Assembly (NCBI RefSeq): GCF_018977255.1
Contig: NW_024704743.1
Span: 81,470,001-81,534,000 of the forward strand
Direction of reading: 5' to 3'
Source: Callorhinchus milii
Taxonomy: Eukaryota
DNA length: 64,000 bases
The notes beneath the pieces were generated by a model. That model was given only the letters and a program-made list of their open reading frames with translations, was not told where the DNA came from and did no database searches. Position 1 is the stretch's first letter. Each line of letters begins with the position of its first letter. Shown one piece after another: positions 24,850 to 35,930 of this stretch. A program made the translations under genes and the position numbers.

Positions 24850-25119
24850 GTATTGCCTAGACAACAGAAGAGCCCTAGAAAAAGATATTGCATTCGGCAA
24901 GCTTCAATCTCGCCTTATTCGCTATGAAACAAACACAACTTGTTCAAGAGAATGCTCTCCAGTCATTTATGGATTGAGTCCACTGCCATCTCCTGCTGTG
25001 CTGTCAGAGCCTGGAAGTGTGCCGGATGATGAGACATTACAGAGTGAGCAGAAAACTGCTGATGGATCAGGACAGAAAAGAAGGTCCAGAGCGCTAGACG
25101 GTTTGCATCCAAGCAAAAG
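24850..25119 (+). CDS. MTBP: MTBP coding exon (about 18), [59 protein letters not shown]...HPSKR
   Basis: tacag| acceptor, AG|GTAATT donor, 270 nt, phase 2/2. Carries the [10 protein letters not shown] and LSPLPSP motifs. Confidence 0.95.
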
Positions 25120-25143
25120 GTAATTTACAACAAGACAACAAGA

Positions 25144-25720
25144 TACAACAACAACAAGATTTCATTTATAGAGCGCCTTTCATGTCGGGAGGACGTCCCA
25201 AGGCGCTGGACAGTTGGGTCGGGACCCGAGCAGGGGGGAAATGGTCAGGGTGAGGGAAGGGAGGGAGCGAGGAGGGGGTAAGACTCGAGAGGGGAGCTGA
25301 AGGCACGGTCAAAGAGAAAGGTCTTGAGACCGGCCTTGAAGGAGGAAAGGGAGGGAGGAAGCAAGGCGAAAGCCCTGGGGGATGGAGTTCCAGAGCCTAG
25401 GGGCTGAGAGGCTGAAGGCCCATCCACCGATGTTAGGGCGGGGGATGTGGAGCAGACCGGAGCCAGAGGAACGGAAGGTACGGGCAGGTAAGTAGGGGGA
25501 TAGTAGATCGGAGAGGTAGGAGGGAGCAAGGCCGTGAATGGCCTTGTAGGTGAGGGTGAGGATCTTGAATTCGATCCTCTGGGGAATGGGGAGCCAGTGG
25601 AGGCGAGCGAGGGTGGGAGTGATGTGGTCGCGAAGCCTGGTGCGGGACAGTACATGAGCTGCAGAGTTCTGAATGACCTGCAGCTTGTGGAGGGAGGTGC
25701 CGGGAAGGCCGGCGAGGAGA
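25144..25720 (-). mobile_element. Young L2 3' fragment immediately after an MTBP splice donor
   Basis: (AAC)n tail; encodes LHKLQVIQNSAAHVLSRTRLRDHITP. Confidence 0.92.
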
Positions 25721-25837
25721 GCGAGAGACCTGCAATAAGTGCTTGCATTGGACAATAGTACAGCAAGGAACATGGAGTAGTTCAGGGAACTGCTGATAAC
25801 AGACCAGGCAGTCTGACTCATTAGCACGATTGGAGTG

Positions 25838-26152
25838 CTACTGGGAGAAGAGATTCTTCCTACGCAGCTCTTGTTAACCCTGCGAGCCAAACCCCTAATT
25901 GGGTAGGGTGGTCCCAGCTGGACAAGCAACGGGGTGCTTGCCCGGCAGTGCTTCAATGGTAAGCCATGCGGTTTTAGCTGGTTAGACACCAACAGTACCC
26001 CAACTGACATTTTGGGGTCCCCAAGCCTTGGCTTTTGCCAGTCTACGCCTAATACTGTCCAAAATTAGGTAAGCAGAGTGCATCCATCCGGGGAGAGAGT
26101 GTGCATTCCATTCCAAGTGTTGGAATTTCCATGTGTAGCTGGTATGCATGGA
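25838..26152 (+). repeat. Unidentified interspersed repeat, copy A
   Basis: Aligns with 43310-43550, 53495-53870 (minus) and 57245-57645, e.g. ggtcc(c)caagccttggct..tgcca. Confidence 0.8.
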
Positions 26153-26169
26153 ACTCTGTCTGCTGGGAT

Positions 26170-26380
26170 CATGTGTAAACCCAGGCGGCCTGTGTGTTGG
26201 CAGGCTATTCAATCCGTGGCGGTGTCGATTGCAGCGGGCAGGCATCATAGCCTGAGCTTGATCCCGATGTCAGCAGACAGAGTACCACACATGCACATGT
26301 TCCAGATTGGATTGCTGATCATCAGTGGGAACTTTGGCTGATGTTTTCCATTCCATAACTAAACTGAGGTCACCTGCCTC
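26170..26380. repeat. Ancient SINE-like repeat (second copy at about 48865-49070)
   Basis: Shared ggcaggctat...cacatgca...gatca..tgggaacttt.(g)ctgat.ttt(t)cc. Confidence 0.55.
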
Positions 26381-26381
26381 A

Positions 26382-26737
26382 AATCCTTGTATTTGATATA
26401 GCACCTTATCATGTCTTCACAACGTCTTAAAGCACGTTATAGAATACACTGTAAAGTGAATTGACCGTTTATTTTGTAGGCGAAAAGCGGTAGCCAATTG
26501 CGCACAGCAGTTTCCCAACAAAGAGTTATGGATTGAGTGACCAATTTATTATTATTTTTTGAAGGAAATATTACCTGCGGAAAAGCCAACAGACTAACAA
26601 CTGGGTTCCTACTTACTGCTAAGTAAACAGAGGCGTGTGGAGTAAGAAAACTTGCCCAACTTTTCGCCTTGTCGGGAGTCGAACACAGGTCTCTCGCTTG
26701 CGAGGCGAGTGCTCTAACCACTGAGCTACAGGACTCC
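26382..26737 (-). mobile_element. tRNA-SINE, long variant, full length
   Basis: tRNA head at about 26665-26737; extra central segment ctgggttcctacttactgctaagtaaacagaggc. Confidence 0.88.
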
Positions 26738-27329
26738 ATAATTTGGATCTGCAACCTTCAAGTTGTATATTGTAGCATTAGACCCCATGGTGCTTTACCC
26801 ACTAGGACATAATGCCTTATTGGCTCACATATTTGATGCACAATTTTTATGTGAGGCTTTAAAAAACGTCCACTTTCAAATCAGTATTGTGTTTCAACTA
26901 CTAAAATCCATTATATTCCACAAAATTTGTATTAATATTTTGATGATGTGAAAATGGTTGTAATTTAGTCGTTACATTGTTTGCTGAGAGCTTATTATTG
27001 GAAATGTAATTGAAGTTAGGTTAAAAATACATCGAAAATATGGTGTCCTCTTCATTGGTACAAATTCAATTATTTCAGTAGTCTCTTAAAAACCATAGAA
27101 GCTATGTGAGAATGCTTTTTATATTCAAATATGTTAAGATCAAAATAAACTAAATTGGAACTGAGATTAAGAAAATTATTCAGAAAAATCTAAACATATC
27201 AATAAAATATATTCCTTGTATTTGATACAGCACCTTTATTGTCAGGAACTCGAAAAGCACTTCACAGGATTTTCTATAACGTGTATTTTATAGGCGGACG
27301 CAGCATTAATTAACATGTAATGGTCGTGT

Positions 27330-28350
27330 TGCTCTTGCCGGCTCTGCCCTCCCAACCATCACCCCCTTCCCATCTCTCCCTTACACTCCGGCCCCTACTC
27401 ATCCATCCCTCCCTCCACACATTCAAACCTGTCTCGCCCTTCTCTCTCACCACCACTATGAACCCACATGAAGCCCACCACCTCCCTCGACACCATCCCT
27501 ACCCCTCTCCTTGCCTCCCAACTCCACCTCCTTGCCCCTTTACTCTCAGACCTCGTCAACCTCTCCCTGTCAACTGGCACCATTCTCACCCCCTAAAAAC
27601 AGCTGTCATCACCCCTCTCCTAAAAAAAATCCTTCCCTGGACCCAAACCTGCTCACTAACTACTACCCCATCTCCAACCTCCCTTTCCTTTCTGAGGTCC
27701 CTGAGAGAGTTGTTGCTTCCCAGCTTCATTCCGTCCTCTCCTGCCACTCCCTTTACAAATCCCTCCAATCAGGTTTCTGTGCTCCCCACAGCATCCAGGC
27801 TCGACTATTCCAATGCCCTGCTTGTCGACCTTCCCAACTCTTTACTCCACAATCTTCATATCATCCAGAACTCTGCAGCTCGTGTTCTCTCCCGCACCAG
27901 ACTCCGTGACCCCATCACACTCACCCCCGTCCGGCTCCACTGACTTGCCATCCCTCAGAGGATCGAGTTCAAAATTCTTATCCTCACCGTCAAGGCCCTC
28001 CGTGGCCTTTCCCCTCTTACCTCTCCGATCTGCTAACCCCTTATCAACCTATCCGCTCCCTCCACTCAGCAGGCCATGTCCCTCGCCCGGCCTTCCCACC
28101 ATCAGCAGTCGGGCCATCAGCCTTTCTGCCCCCACCCTCTGGAACTCCATCCCACATTCCCTTCGCCTCACTCCCTCCCTTGCCTCCTTCAAGGCACACC
28201 TCAACACTCCCCACTTCGACCGTGCCTTCGGCCACCCTCTCTGCCCTCCACCCTCCATGATCCAATCCCCCCCACCCCTTGGGTCCTAATCCCTGACTGT
28301 TCAGCGCCTTGGGACATCCTCCGGATGTAAAAGACGCTTTGCAAATGTAA
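27330..28350 (+). mobile_element. L2 LINE with large internal deletion
   Basis: LKTAVITPLLKK..NY.PISNLPFLS..QSGF is joined directly to SRLDYSNALL, so the YADD region is missing. Confidence 0.85.
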
Positions 28351-28534
28351 TATAGTATTGCATATAATGCCTATAAGAGCCCAGACATGTCAGCTAACAT
28401 ATTCTAACCGCTGAAAAATAAATAGGGAAGAGAAGCAGGAAGCACAATGAGATGGTGGGTGTAGCTTTTCAAAAATGTCAGCAACAAAAATGATTACATT
28501 TTGCCGATTGAAATAACTTTTCAATCTATCCTAG

Positions 28535-28769
28535 ACTCATCAAATCTGAGAGCACTGATTCCCTCAATTCCCAGTATTCTCTCTGCATGTCTCAGGGAAG
28601 TGGAAGCAGTGGGCATCATTCAGCAGGTGCATTACGTGAACGTCTAGGGAGGTTGTCAGCCACTACCTCGACCAGTAAACAGTCCAAGAGCCAAGCTCAG
28701 AAAGTTGTGACAGAACCAGGACATAAAAATGTTAAACAAAAGGAATCACGGTCTCAGAAACACATACGG
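28535..28769 (+). CDS. MTBP: MTBP coding exon (about 19), LIKSESTDSLNSQ...QKESRSQKHIR
   Basis: cctag| acceptor, CGG|GTAAGG donor, 235 nt, phase 2/0. Carries the KSES and KESRSQKH motifs. Confidence 0.93.
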
Positions 28770-29275
28770 GTAAGGCACTGTCTTTCTTTAACTTATGTTT
28801 TTGAATAAGTGTGTTTTGATTTAGTTCTATGTTTCAGCTTGTACTTGTGTTAGTATTTAGCAAACGAATGAACATATTTGAATATATAGTTGCTTGTAAT
28901 TTCTATACAACACTTACTGTGCCAAAACTGTCCATTCTGAATTCTGTAATACATTGTACATTTTAACTTTAAATCATATACAAACTTGCCCACTCCTATC
29001 TCTCTGACCTGCTCACCCCTTATCAACCTGTCCGCTCCCTCCGGATCAGCTTGTAGTTGCACTTTGTGAAATATGTTTTGAAATTAGTACAATATACAAA
29101 AACTTGTCGTAGGAAAGTGAGATTAAATTGTCATATGAATTTCAGTGGAAGATTTGAACAAAACTTGATTTATATAGTGCTCTTCACACAGGGTAGTATC
29201 TTAGAGTACTTGAAAAGAGAAAACTAAAGTAATTGAATTTTACTTTTGAGCAAATTAATTGTTTTGTATTCCTAG

Positions 29276-29389
29276 ATGCTAAAAGAAGTGGTGGCAAAAA
29301 CTCTTGAGGATAATGGTGTTTCAGAGGATCACAAATGCTTTGATATTTGCAGCCAACGCCTGTTTGAAATTTCCAAGTTGTACCTCAAG
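29276..29389 (+). CDS. MTBP: MTBP coding exon (about 20), [38 protein letters not shown] (C-terminal Sld7-like domain)
   Basis: cctag| acceptor, AAG|GTGAGC donor, 114 nt, phase 0/0. Carries the [13 protein letters not shown] hallmark. Confidence 0.96.
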
Positions 29390-30279
29390 GTGAGCGCCCT
29401 GTTTCAGCATTTATTTACATAACTTTAGGTGTTCTCTCTGGACTGGCACCTTTGAATGAACCATGCTTCACCTCACTCTCCTTGCCTACTTTATGTAGTC
29501 TGCATGTCAAGATTTTATAGCTATCAGGGAGAGATATAAGTTGGATGATTCGTAAGAAGAAACTTAGCCCTTCTTGTATTTAACAGCATAATGTTTCTGC
29601 CTTGAGCTTGCTTCCCCAAAAATGTTAGCTGAAAACTCAAGCCTTTCTATTAATTCCCCTGCAATTTGCACCTCTCAGACCTTAAGAAAAAAACATCAGA
29701 TACTGAAACACATCATATAATCGCACTACCCTAAGTCTGGAGGGAGCTATGCATATCATTCAGGATGCCTCTGGGTCTGTCCCTCCTTTGTCACAAATGT
29801 GTTTTTAAAAAGCGGATTCAGAATCTGGCATGAAATACATGAAGATAAAACCTTCATGAAGGTCGGATCATGGATTCCCAGCTAACAAACGGCTACATTT
29901 TACAATAACTGCAGTCAGTGTCCAATTCCAGTGAAACTCCAAATCAATCAATTTAGTGCTGTACAATTTAGTGAGTGTACTCATCTGGGCCTCGCATTAC
30001 TCATCCAGTACTGACATTTTCTGGTCTGTACATCTCCTGACCTGTATCCAGGGCAACAAAGGATGTTGATGTACACAATGGTCCATAGAATATTTCTGCA
30101 AATTATATTAACTCAGAGGCTCAGTGTAGAGAATGGAGAATGGAGAATCTAATGATGGGAAAACGAGGGGAAAGAAATGCTATTTTTCTTTCCATTAACT
30201 GGGAATCAACTGCATTATCCTTGGTGTGTTCTTTCTCCTTTAAATTAATACAAACTAGTAAACAAATAACTTGTATGAT

Positions 30280-30530
30280 CCCATGTCACTATTCGAAAAG
30301 AGAAAGGAGTTCTCCTGGTGTCCTGGTCAACAATCGCACAGATAAAATTGGTCACTCACTTCATCACTGTTTATGGGACATTGCTGTGCACATTTCGCTG
30401 CCGTGTTCACCCTCAAAACAAACTCAGTCACACCACTTTACAGTACATCCTGTGAAGGGTATTTGAGATATTTCAATGAAGTAATTAGTTGCTATATCAA
30501 ATGCAAGGATTATTATTATTTATTATTATA
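30280..30530 (+). mobile_element. Old SINE 3' half (DeuSINE/SacSINE-like)
   Basis: gagaaaggagttctcctggtgtcctggtcaac...gggacattgctgtgc...atcaaatgcaaggattatt. Confidence 0.65.
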
Positions 30531-30559
30531 TTTTATAGCACTTTGTTATATAGAATTTC

Positions 30560-31400
30560 CTACAGTTGAATGTGAACAAGACTGAGGCCTTCCTGATTGC
30601 CTCGCGCCAATGCCTCTGCACCTCAGGTTCTGGCCGCATCAACCGCCATGGTTGCACACTTCAATTCACCTCGGGTGTCTTGTTCGACCCTCAACTGTCT
30701 TCTCCCCCACATCCAAGCCATGACCCGCTCTGCCTTCCCTCACCTCTGTAACATCGCCCGACTCCGCCACTACCTCACCCCTCAGGCCGCTGAAACTCTT
30801 ACTCATGCCTTCATCACCTCCAGGCTCGACTATGCAAACCCCCTGCTTGTCAGCCTTCCCAACTCCTCCCTCCACAGGCTGCAGATAATCCAGAACTCTG
30901 CAGCCCGTGTCCTCTCCCGCACTAAACTCCGTGACCCCATTTACCCCACTCTCGCCCGACACCATTGGCTCCCTATCCTTCAGCGGATCCAGTTCAAGAT
31001 CCTGGTCCTCACATACAAAGCCCTCCATGGCCTTGCCCCACCCTACCTCTGCGACCTCCTAACCTCCTACCAACCCGCCCACTCCCTCCGCTCAGCCGGC
31101 TCCGGCCTGCTCCGCGCCCCAACCCATCCGCCCCACCATTGGCGGGAGAGCCTTCAGCTACTCTGCCCCCAACCTCTGGAATTCCATCCCCCAGTCACTC
31201 CACCTCGCCCCCTCCTTAGCCTCCTTCAAGTTCCGCCTCAAGACCCTCATCTTCGACCATGCATCAGCCACCCACCTTCCCCTCCCCTCCCTTCTTCCCC
31301 CCTGACCCCAGCTCGGGTCTGAAATACTGTACACTGTCCAGCGCCTTGGGACGTCCTCCCGATGTGAAAAACGCTATACAAATGTAATCTTGTTGTTGTA
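30560..31400 (+). mobile_element. L2 LINE fragment
   Basis: LNVNKTEA, SRLDYAN and HWLPI motifs; tail with (GTT)n. Confidence 0.9.
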
Positions 31401-31544
31401 GAATATCTTAAAACACTTTACAGTAGGTACTAAAAGGTCATTATATTTCTAGTGCAAATAATTGCTAAATATAGCAACAAAGTGCCACAGTGACTGAATG
31501 ATGAATATTTCGACAGGAAACCAGAAAAGCTCTTTCTTTTGTCA

Positions 31545-32062
31545 GCATCTCCTCACCTCAGGCATTGACACTATTTATGTGGATGCACTCCACCTCACTG
31601 AGCCAATGTAGAACTTCAGGGTCTTATTTGACTCTCAGCTGTCCTTTAAACCCCCACATCCGTGCCTTGACCCATGCAACCCACACAACTTTTCCCACCT
31701 TCACCACTACCTTTCCCCTCAGGCACCGAGATCTTTATCCATGCATTCATCACGTCCAAGCTTGACTATACCAATTCTCTGCTTGCCAGATTTCCCAATT
31801 TTAAATCCCTCCATGGTCTTGACCCACCTGACTCTGGAATTCATCCCGGATTTGCTTCGCCTCAACCCTTCCCTCACCTCCTTCAAGATCTGTCTGAAGA
31901 CCTTCCTCTATGACGGTGCCTTCAGTTATCTCCCCCTATCACACCCCTGCTCTCTTTGGCCCCAACCCCTCCAGATTTCAAACCCCAGCTTGGGTGCAAA
32001 CCCTCGACTGTGCAATGCATTGGGATGTCCCCCTGATATGAAATAAATGCAATTTGTTGTTG
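31545..32062 (+). mobile_element. Old, internally deleted L2 fragment
   Basis: HAFITSKLDYTNSLL and SFKICLKTFL motifs; degenerate tail. Confidence 0.75.
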
Positions 32063-32583
32063 CCCAGCATGTCTACCCAGTATTGCCTTCTTGATCAGTT
32101 ATTCACTTTCATCCTGTGAAATCTTTCTCTTTTTGATGGGAATTTGCAATCTGAAAATATTTATGTGAACACATAATAAACTTTTGTGAAACTTTTACTC
32201 AGTACTTTTCTATCAGTGTTCATATCAAATTCAAGACAAATATGTTCTACTTCTCAGCTTCGTGTTAACAGCCTCTCTCAATGTGCCTGTTCTTTCAGGA
32301 CAGGATTTTCCATACAAACTGTGTCCTTTATTAATTGGTACACAAAGGAAATAGTAAAGTCGAGCAGTATGTGTGGTACGTGACCTGGGTGTCTTCATTG
32401 GTGTTGACAAGAAAGTATTAAGTTATACTTTGTTTCCTGTCATTCATTTGACTGAAAAATAGTAGCTTTGGTGTATGTAAAAATTATGAAACGCTATTAT
32501 AATCTTGAAATATCCACAAAGAGAATGTACATTTGATGATCTTATGTAATCCCCTGTACACTTTCCAAATCATTTTAAAATAG

Positions 32584-32649
32584 GATTTAAAAAACTCACG
32601 TGGTCTACATGGAGAAATGAAAAAAGCTGCGAGCAATAATGTTCAGCAG
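32584..32649 (+). CDS. MTBP: MTBP coding exon (about 21), DLKNSRGLHGEMKKAASNNVQQ
   Basis: atag| acceptor, CAG|GTAAGT donor, 66 nt, phase 0/0. Confidence 0.94.
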
Positions 32650-32947
32650 GTAAGTGTCATTTACTGGTGATTTACAGCTAAATGTAACTGTGTTGGTTTG
32701 TGGTTAAATTTGCTTCTTTCTTCCTAAATTGTGAAGCTGCTGTAATGACATGATTTTATTTGAAACAATCCATTTGAAATCTCATCCATGCTTTTTAAAC
32801 TCGGAGTCTGTATCATATGGCTGATGTTTACCATTGTATTTTTTTAAGCAACTTCTCAAGTGACTTTTTTATAATGATAATAATAATTTTACACTCAATG
32901 TAGCACCTTTCATGTTGAGAGGAAATCTTGAGTGGGTCACAAGAGAT

Positions 32948-33219
32948 ATAATAATAATAATCCTTGCATTTGACGTCTTCTAGATGTCTCAAAGCGCTTC
33001 ACAGAATATGCTGTAAAGTGAATTGCCTGTATATTTGTGGGTGAAACATGGCAGCCAATTGCGCACAGCAGTGTCCCACAAACAGCCGTGGATTGAAAAT
33101 GATTCCGAAAATTTATTATTGTTTTGTTTTGGAGGGATTATTATTAGGCGTGGAGTAAGGAAACTTGCCCATGATTTCGCCCTGCCTGGAATTGAACCCA
33201 GGTGTCTCGCTTGCAAGGC
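32948..33219 (-). mobile_element. tRNA-derived SINE, 5' end clipped
   Basis: (TAA)n tail, shared body, B-box ggaattgaacccagg. Confidence 0.88.
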
Positions 33220-33239
33220 AAGACTCATTTTCTGAGATA

Positions 33240-33528
33240 CTGTAGAGTGTAGTGACTGTACATTGTAGATAAGTACATACCAATGTCCCACAAACAGCCA
33301 TGATTTGTCTGGACTCCCTTTTCTTTTTGAATAGTGCTGTAGGTCTTTCATGTCCACCTGAGAAAGATTAACATTCCATCCGAAGTCAATTCCCAACATC
33401 ACAACACACTCTCAACACTGTATTGGAGTGTCAACCAAGATTATATGAGTTCAAAGTCCTGGTCTGGGGCATGAACCAACAATTTTCCGACTCAGAGACA
33501 AGAGTGTTCCCAACTGACCTAAGCTGAC
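33240..33528 (-). mobile_element. DeuSINE (SacSINE/AmnSINE-like) old copy
   Basis: Reverse of the tRNA head (tcagttgggaacactcttgtctctgagtcgg) and a Deu-like domain (tgacactccaatacagtgttgagagtgtg). Confidence 0.65.
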
Positions 33529-33867
33529 TTTTAAAGAGAATAAAACGCCTATATAAATATTGTGCCCTGAGTAAATAATGTGACAGTCCAGATATTTGAA
33601 GTCTTGTTTAGCAATGTTAGGAAGAGTGGAGATCTATAAAATATAATTTAAAGAAAGTATTTCTTGGTGAAATAAAAATTGATCAAACGGGTGAGTTCAC
33701 CAAATCGCAAAGTTATGATTTTGCTATATAATCCACCATGTTAACACAATTTGAGAAATGCACAATTTAGGTTGGGTTGTACTTTAAATGGACTTCTCTG
33801 ATTATTTTATGTCCTAGAAAACGACCGAACATTTTATTGTATATTTATTTCAGCAAAAATGTCCACA

Positions 33868-34031
33868 CAGTGAAGTCGGTTAAATGAATATCGGTCAGTT
33901 GAATAGTTTGGTTTATTGAATAGAATCTAGAGCTCTGGGAGATGATATGTTTAGTCCGGTTATATGAATAGTTCATTGTATTGAGTAATTTTCGCTGTCA
34001 AAATGAGTATTCAATTAACAGAATTTCACTG
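33868..34031. mobile_element. Tigger/pogo-like MITE remnant
   Basis: Imperfect TIRs cagtgaagtcggttaaatgaata / tattcaattaacagaatttcactg, internal ggtt..(t)gaata repeats, TA at the right flank. Confidence 0.6.
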
Positions 34032-34224
34032 TAATGAGAATTGAAAAATAATTACACCTTAAAAGTATTTTCATTAACAAGTTATTCTTCTCAGAAAATT
34101 GTTTCTCTCTTGCGCAAAGCACTGTACTGCACTCGTAGTGGGCTATGCAGCAGTGTTTGAAATCAGTAGAACTGGCTAAGTAATTATTATTAAACTGCAA
34201 ATGTATCTGTCATTTCTTGTTCAG

Positions 34225-34263
34225 GTGATTGACTGGGTGTTGGAGAAAGTTGACAAGAAGTGA
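34225..34263 (+). CDS. MTBP: MTBP last coding exon, VIDWVLEKVDKK-stop
   Basis: ttcag| acceptor, TGA at 34261-34263. Resembles the human C-terminus VIDWVLEKTSKK. Confidence 0.95.
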   Translation: MIDWVLEKVDKK

Positions 34264-35903
34264 ATGCCAGGAGTCAAGTGGAAACAGTTAAGACCTTGAT
34301 GGCAATGTTTCTAAAATCACAGTTGGGATATCTCTACTGTCTACACTTCAGAGCCTTGAAGTAATGGGTCATTAAATTGTGCAGAGCAGTTTTGTATACC
34401 TCTGTTAACATAATTTTGTTGTAAAAGTTTATTTTGAGAATTAATATACTTAGATTCCAATATAATCGCAAAGAAAGTGATTCTATTTTTGTATCAAAGC
34501 TGTATGTTTTTATTTTATGGGAGTGTTTCAACCTAGTTAAAGGTTAGAAGTTTATTTCTACAATGATTAAATCAATTTGAAAGCCATATTTGTGCACTAC
34601 AAATGCAGTAATTTGCTTGCTATTTCAGATAATCATCTGTGCAAAAGTCTGATTGGATCATTTTGATGTGTATGAAATTGAGTTGAAACGGGCTGATTAA
34701 AAGGGTTATAAAAGTATCTGAAAAACAAAAATCCATTTACTTTGTGAACAGCAAGCACCCTTCATTATTTCATTCCTGAATGTTTTTAACACATCATGTC
34801 AAATTAAATTATAGTATATTCTTCTTTAGATGTATGAACTTATTCTACATTTTTAGTTTATATTTCATATAATCATTTTAATCGTACAACTCAACAAGGA
34901 TTCATTCTTTCTAAAAGACGTTTCAACTCTTGTTCATGTGATCTTCACAAACCACATTCTACAAAGTATCTATTTCAGTTGACATATAGAATGTGCCAGC
35001 ACATGATGCAGTGATTATACTGATCCTATTTTCCTTGTTATAGATTAGACATTGGCAAGCATTCCTTACTGGTGCTCTGTTGCAGAAGCTACAGCTTATT
35101 GTACAATTTTATATTAAAAATGTGTAATGTTATTATAGCATTAGTAAACTCCCCTCTCTGCCCCGCCCCCCCCACCCCCATTACAGGGAAATATGTTTAA
35201 CATATTGGAATATAAATTAAAATAATAAAATAACAATGTAAAAGTAACAATTCAAAGCAGTGGAGCTGGAAAGAGAACCATGCCTCAACAGAATCGGATT
35301 GACCATGAACTTGATAATACGCAAACGTGATGGAAAAATTATCCTCCAGAGGAAAACCCAGAGTTAACGTTTGCTCTTCCCCCGTATAGAAGAGATTGGG
35401 TAATTAACCTTCTTCCCAATGAATAACTTCAGAAATGGTAATATCCAGCAGGCCCAACTGTCTGAAATCCAGGATGCAGTCTAGCTCATCTCTGTCAATT
35501 CATATCTTCAGAATCTGAACTGAGCAATAAAATTCGGTCCCACTGTGTTAGGGTGGCTTCAAATAGCTGTCCTGCAGATGTGATGCCATAACAAGTTATG
35601 TGCATCTCAATTAAAAGTCATTTAAAAATGGACTGGGTCTCTGATTTCTCCAAATCCCATGAGTATCCCAACATGTGGTTTGTAAAGTGTAATAAACTAA
35701 GTTTAATGTAAGCTGCTCAGAAGAACATCAAATATACACAAAGTGATGCTTTGTTTAATTAAGTTTAATGTGTTATATGTTTCCTGTCACTTGCTGTTAA
35801 ATTGCAAATGGGTTTTATTTTTAAAAAATGTGAACATTGTGTACAAAAGTTGGATGGATTTGCGGGATGAACTCCTGTAATGTAGCAAAGGAATCACAAA
35901 CAA

Positions 35904-35930
35904 AATAAAGTTTAAGATCATCTTTTTATT
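35904..35930. promoter_or_regulatory. Face-to-face candidate poly(A) signals (AATAAA on + at 35904-35909; AATAAA on - at 35925-35930)
   Basis: Sequence aataaagtttaagatcatctttttatt lies between the convergent stop codons; usage is unproven. Confidence 0.35.
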
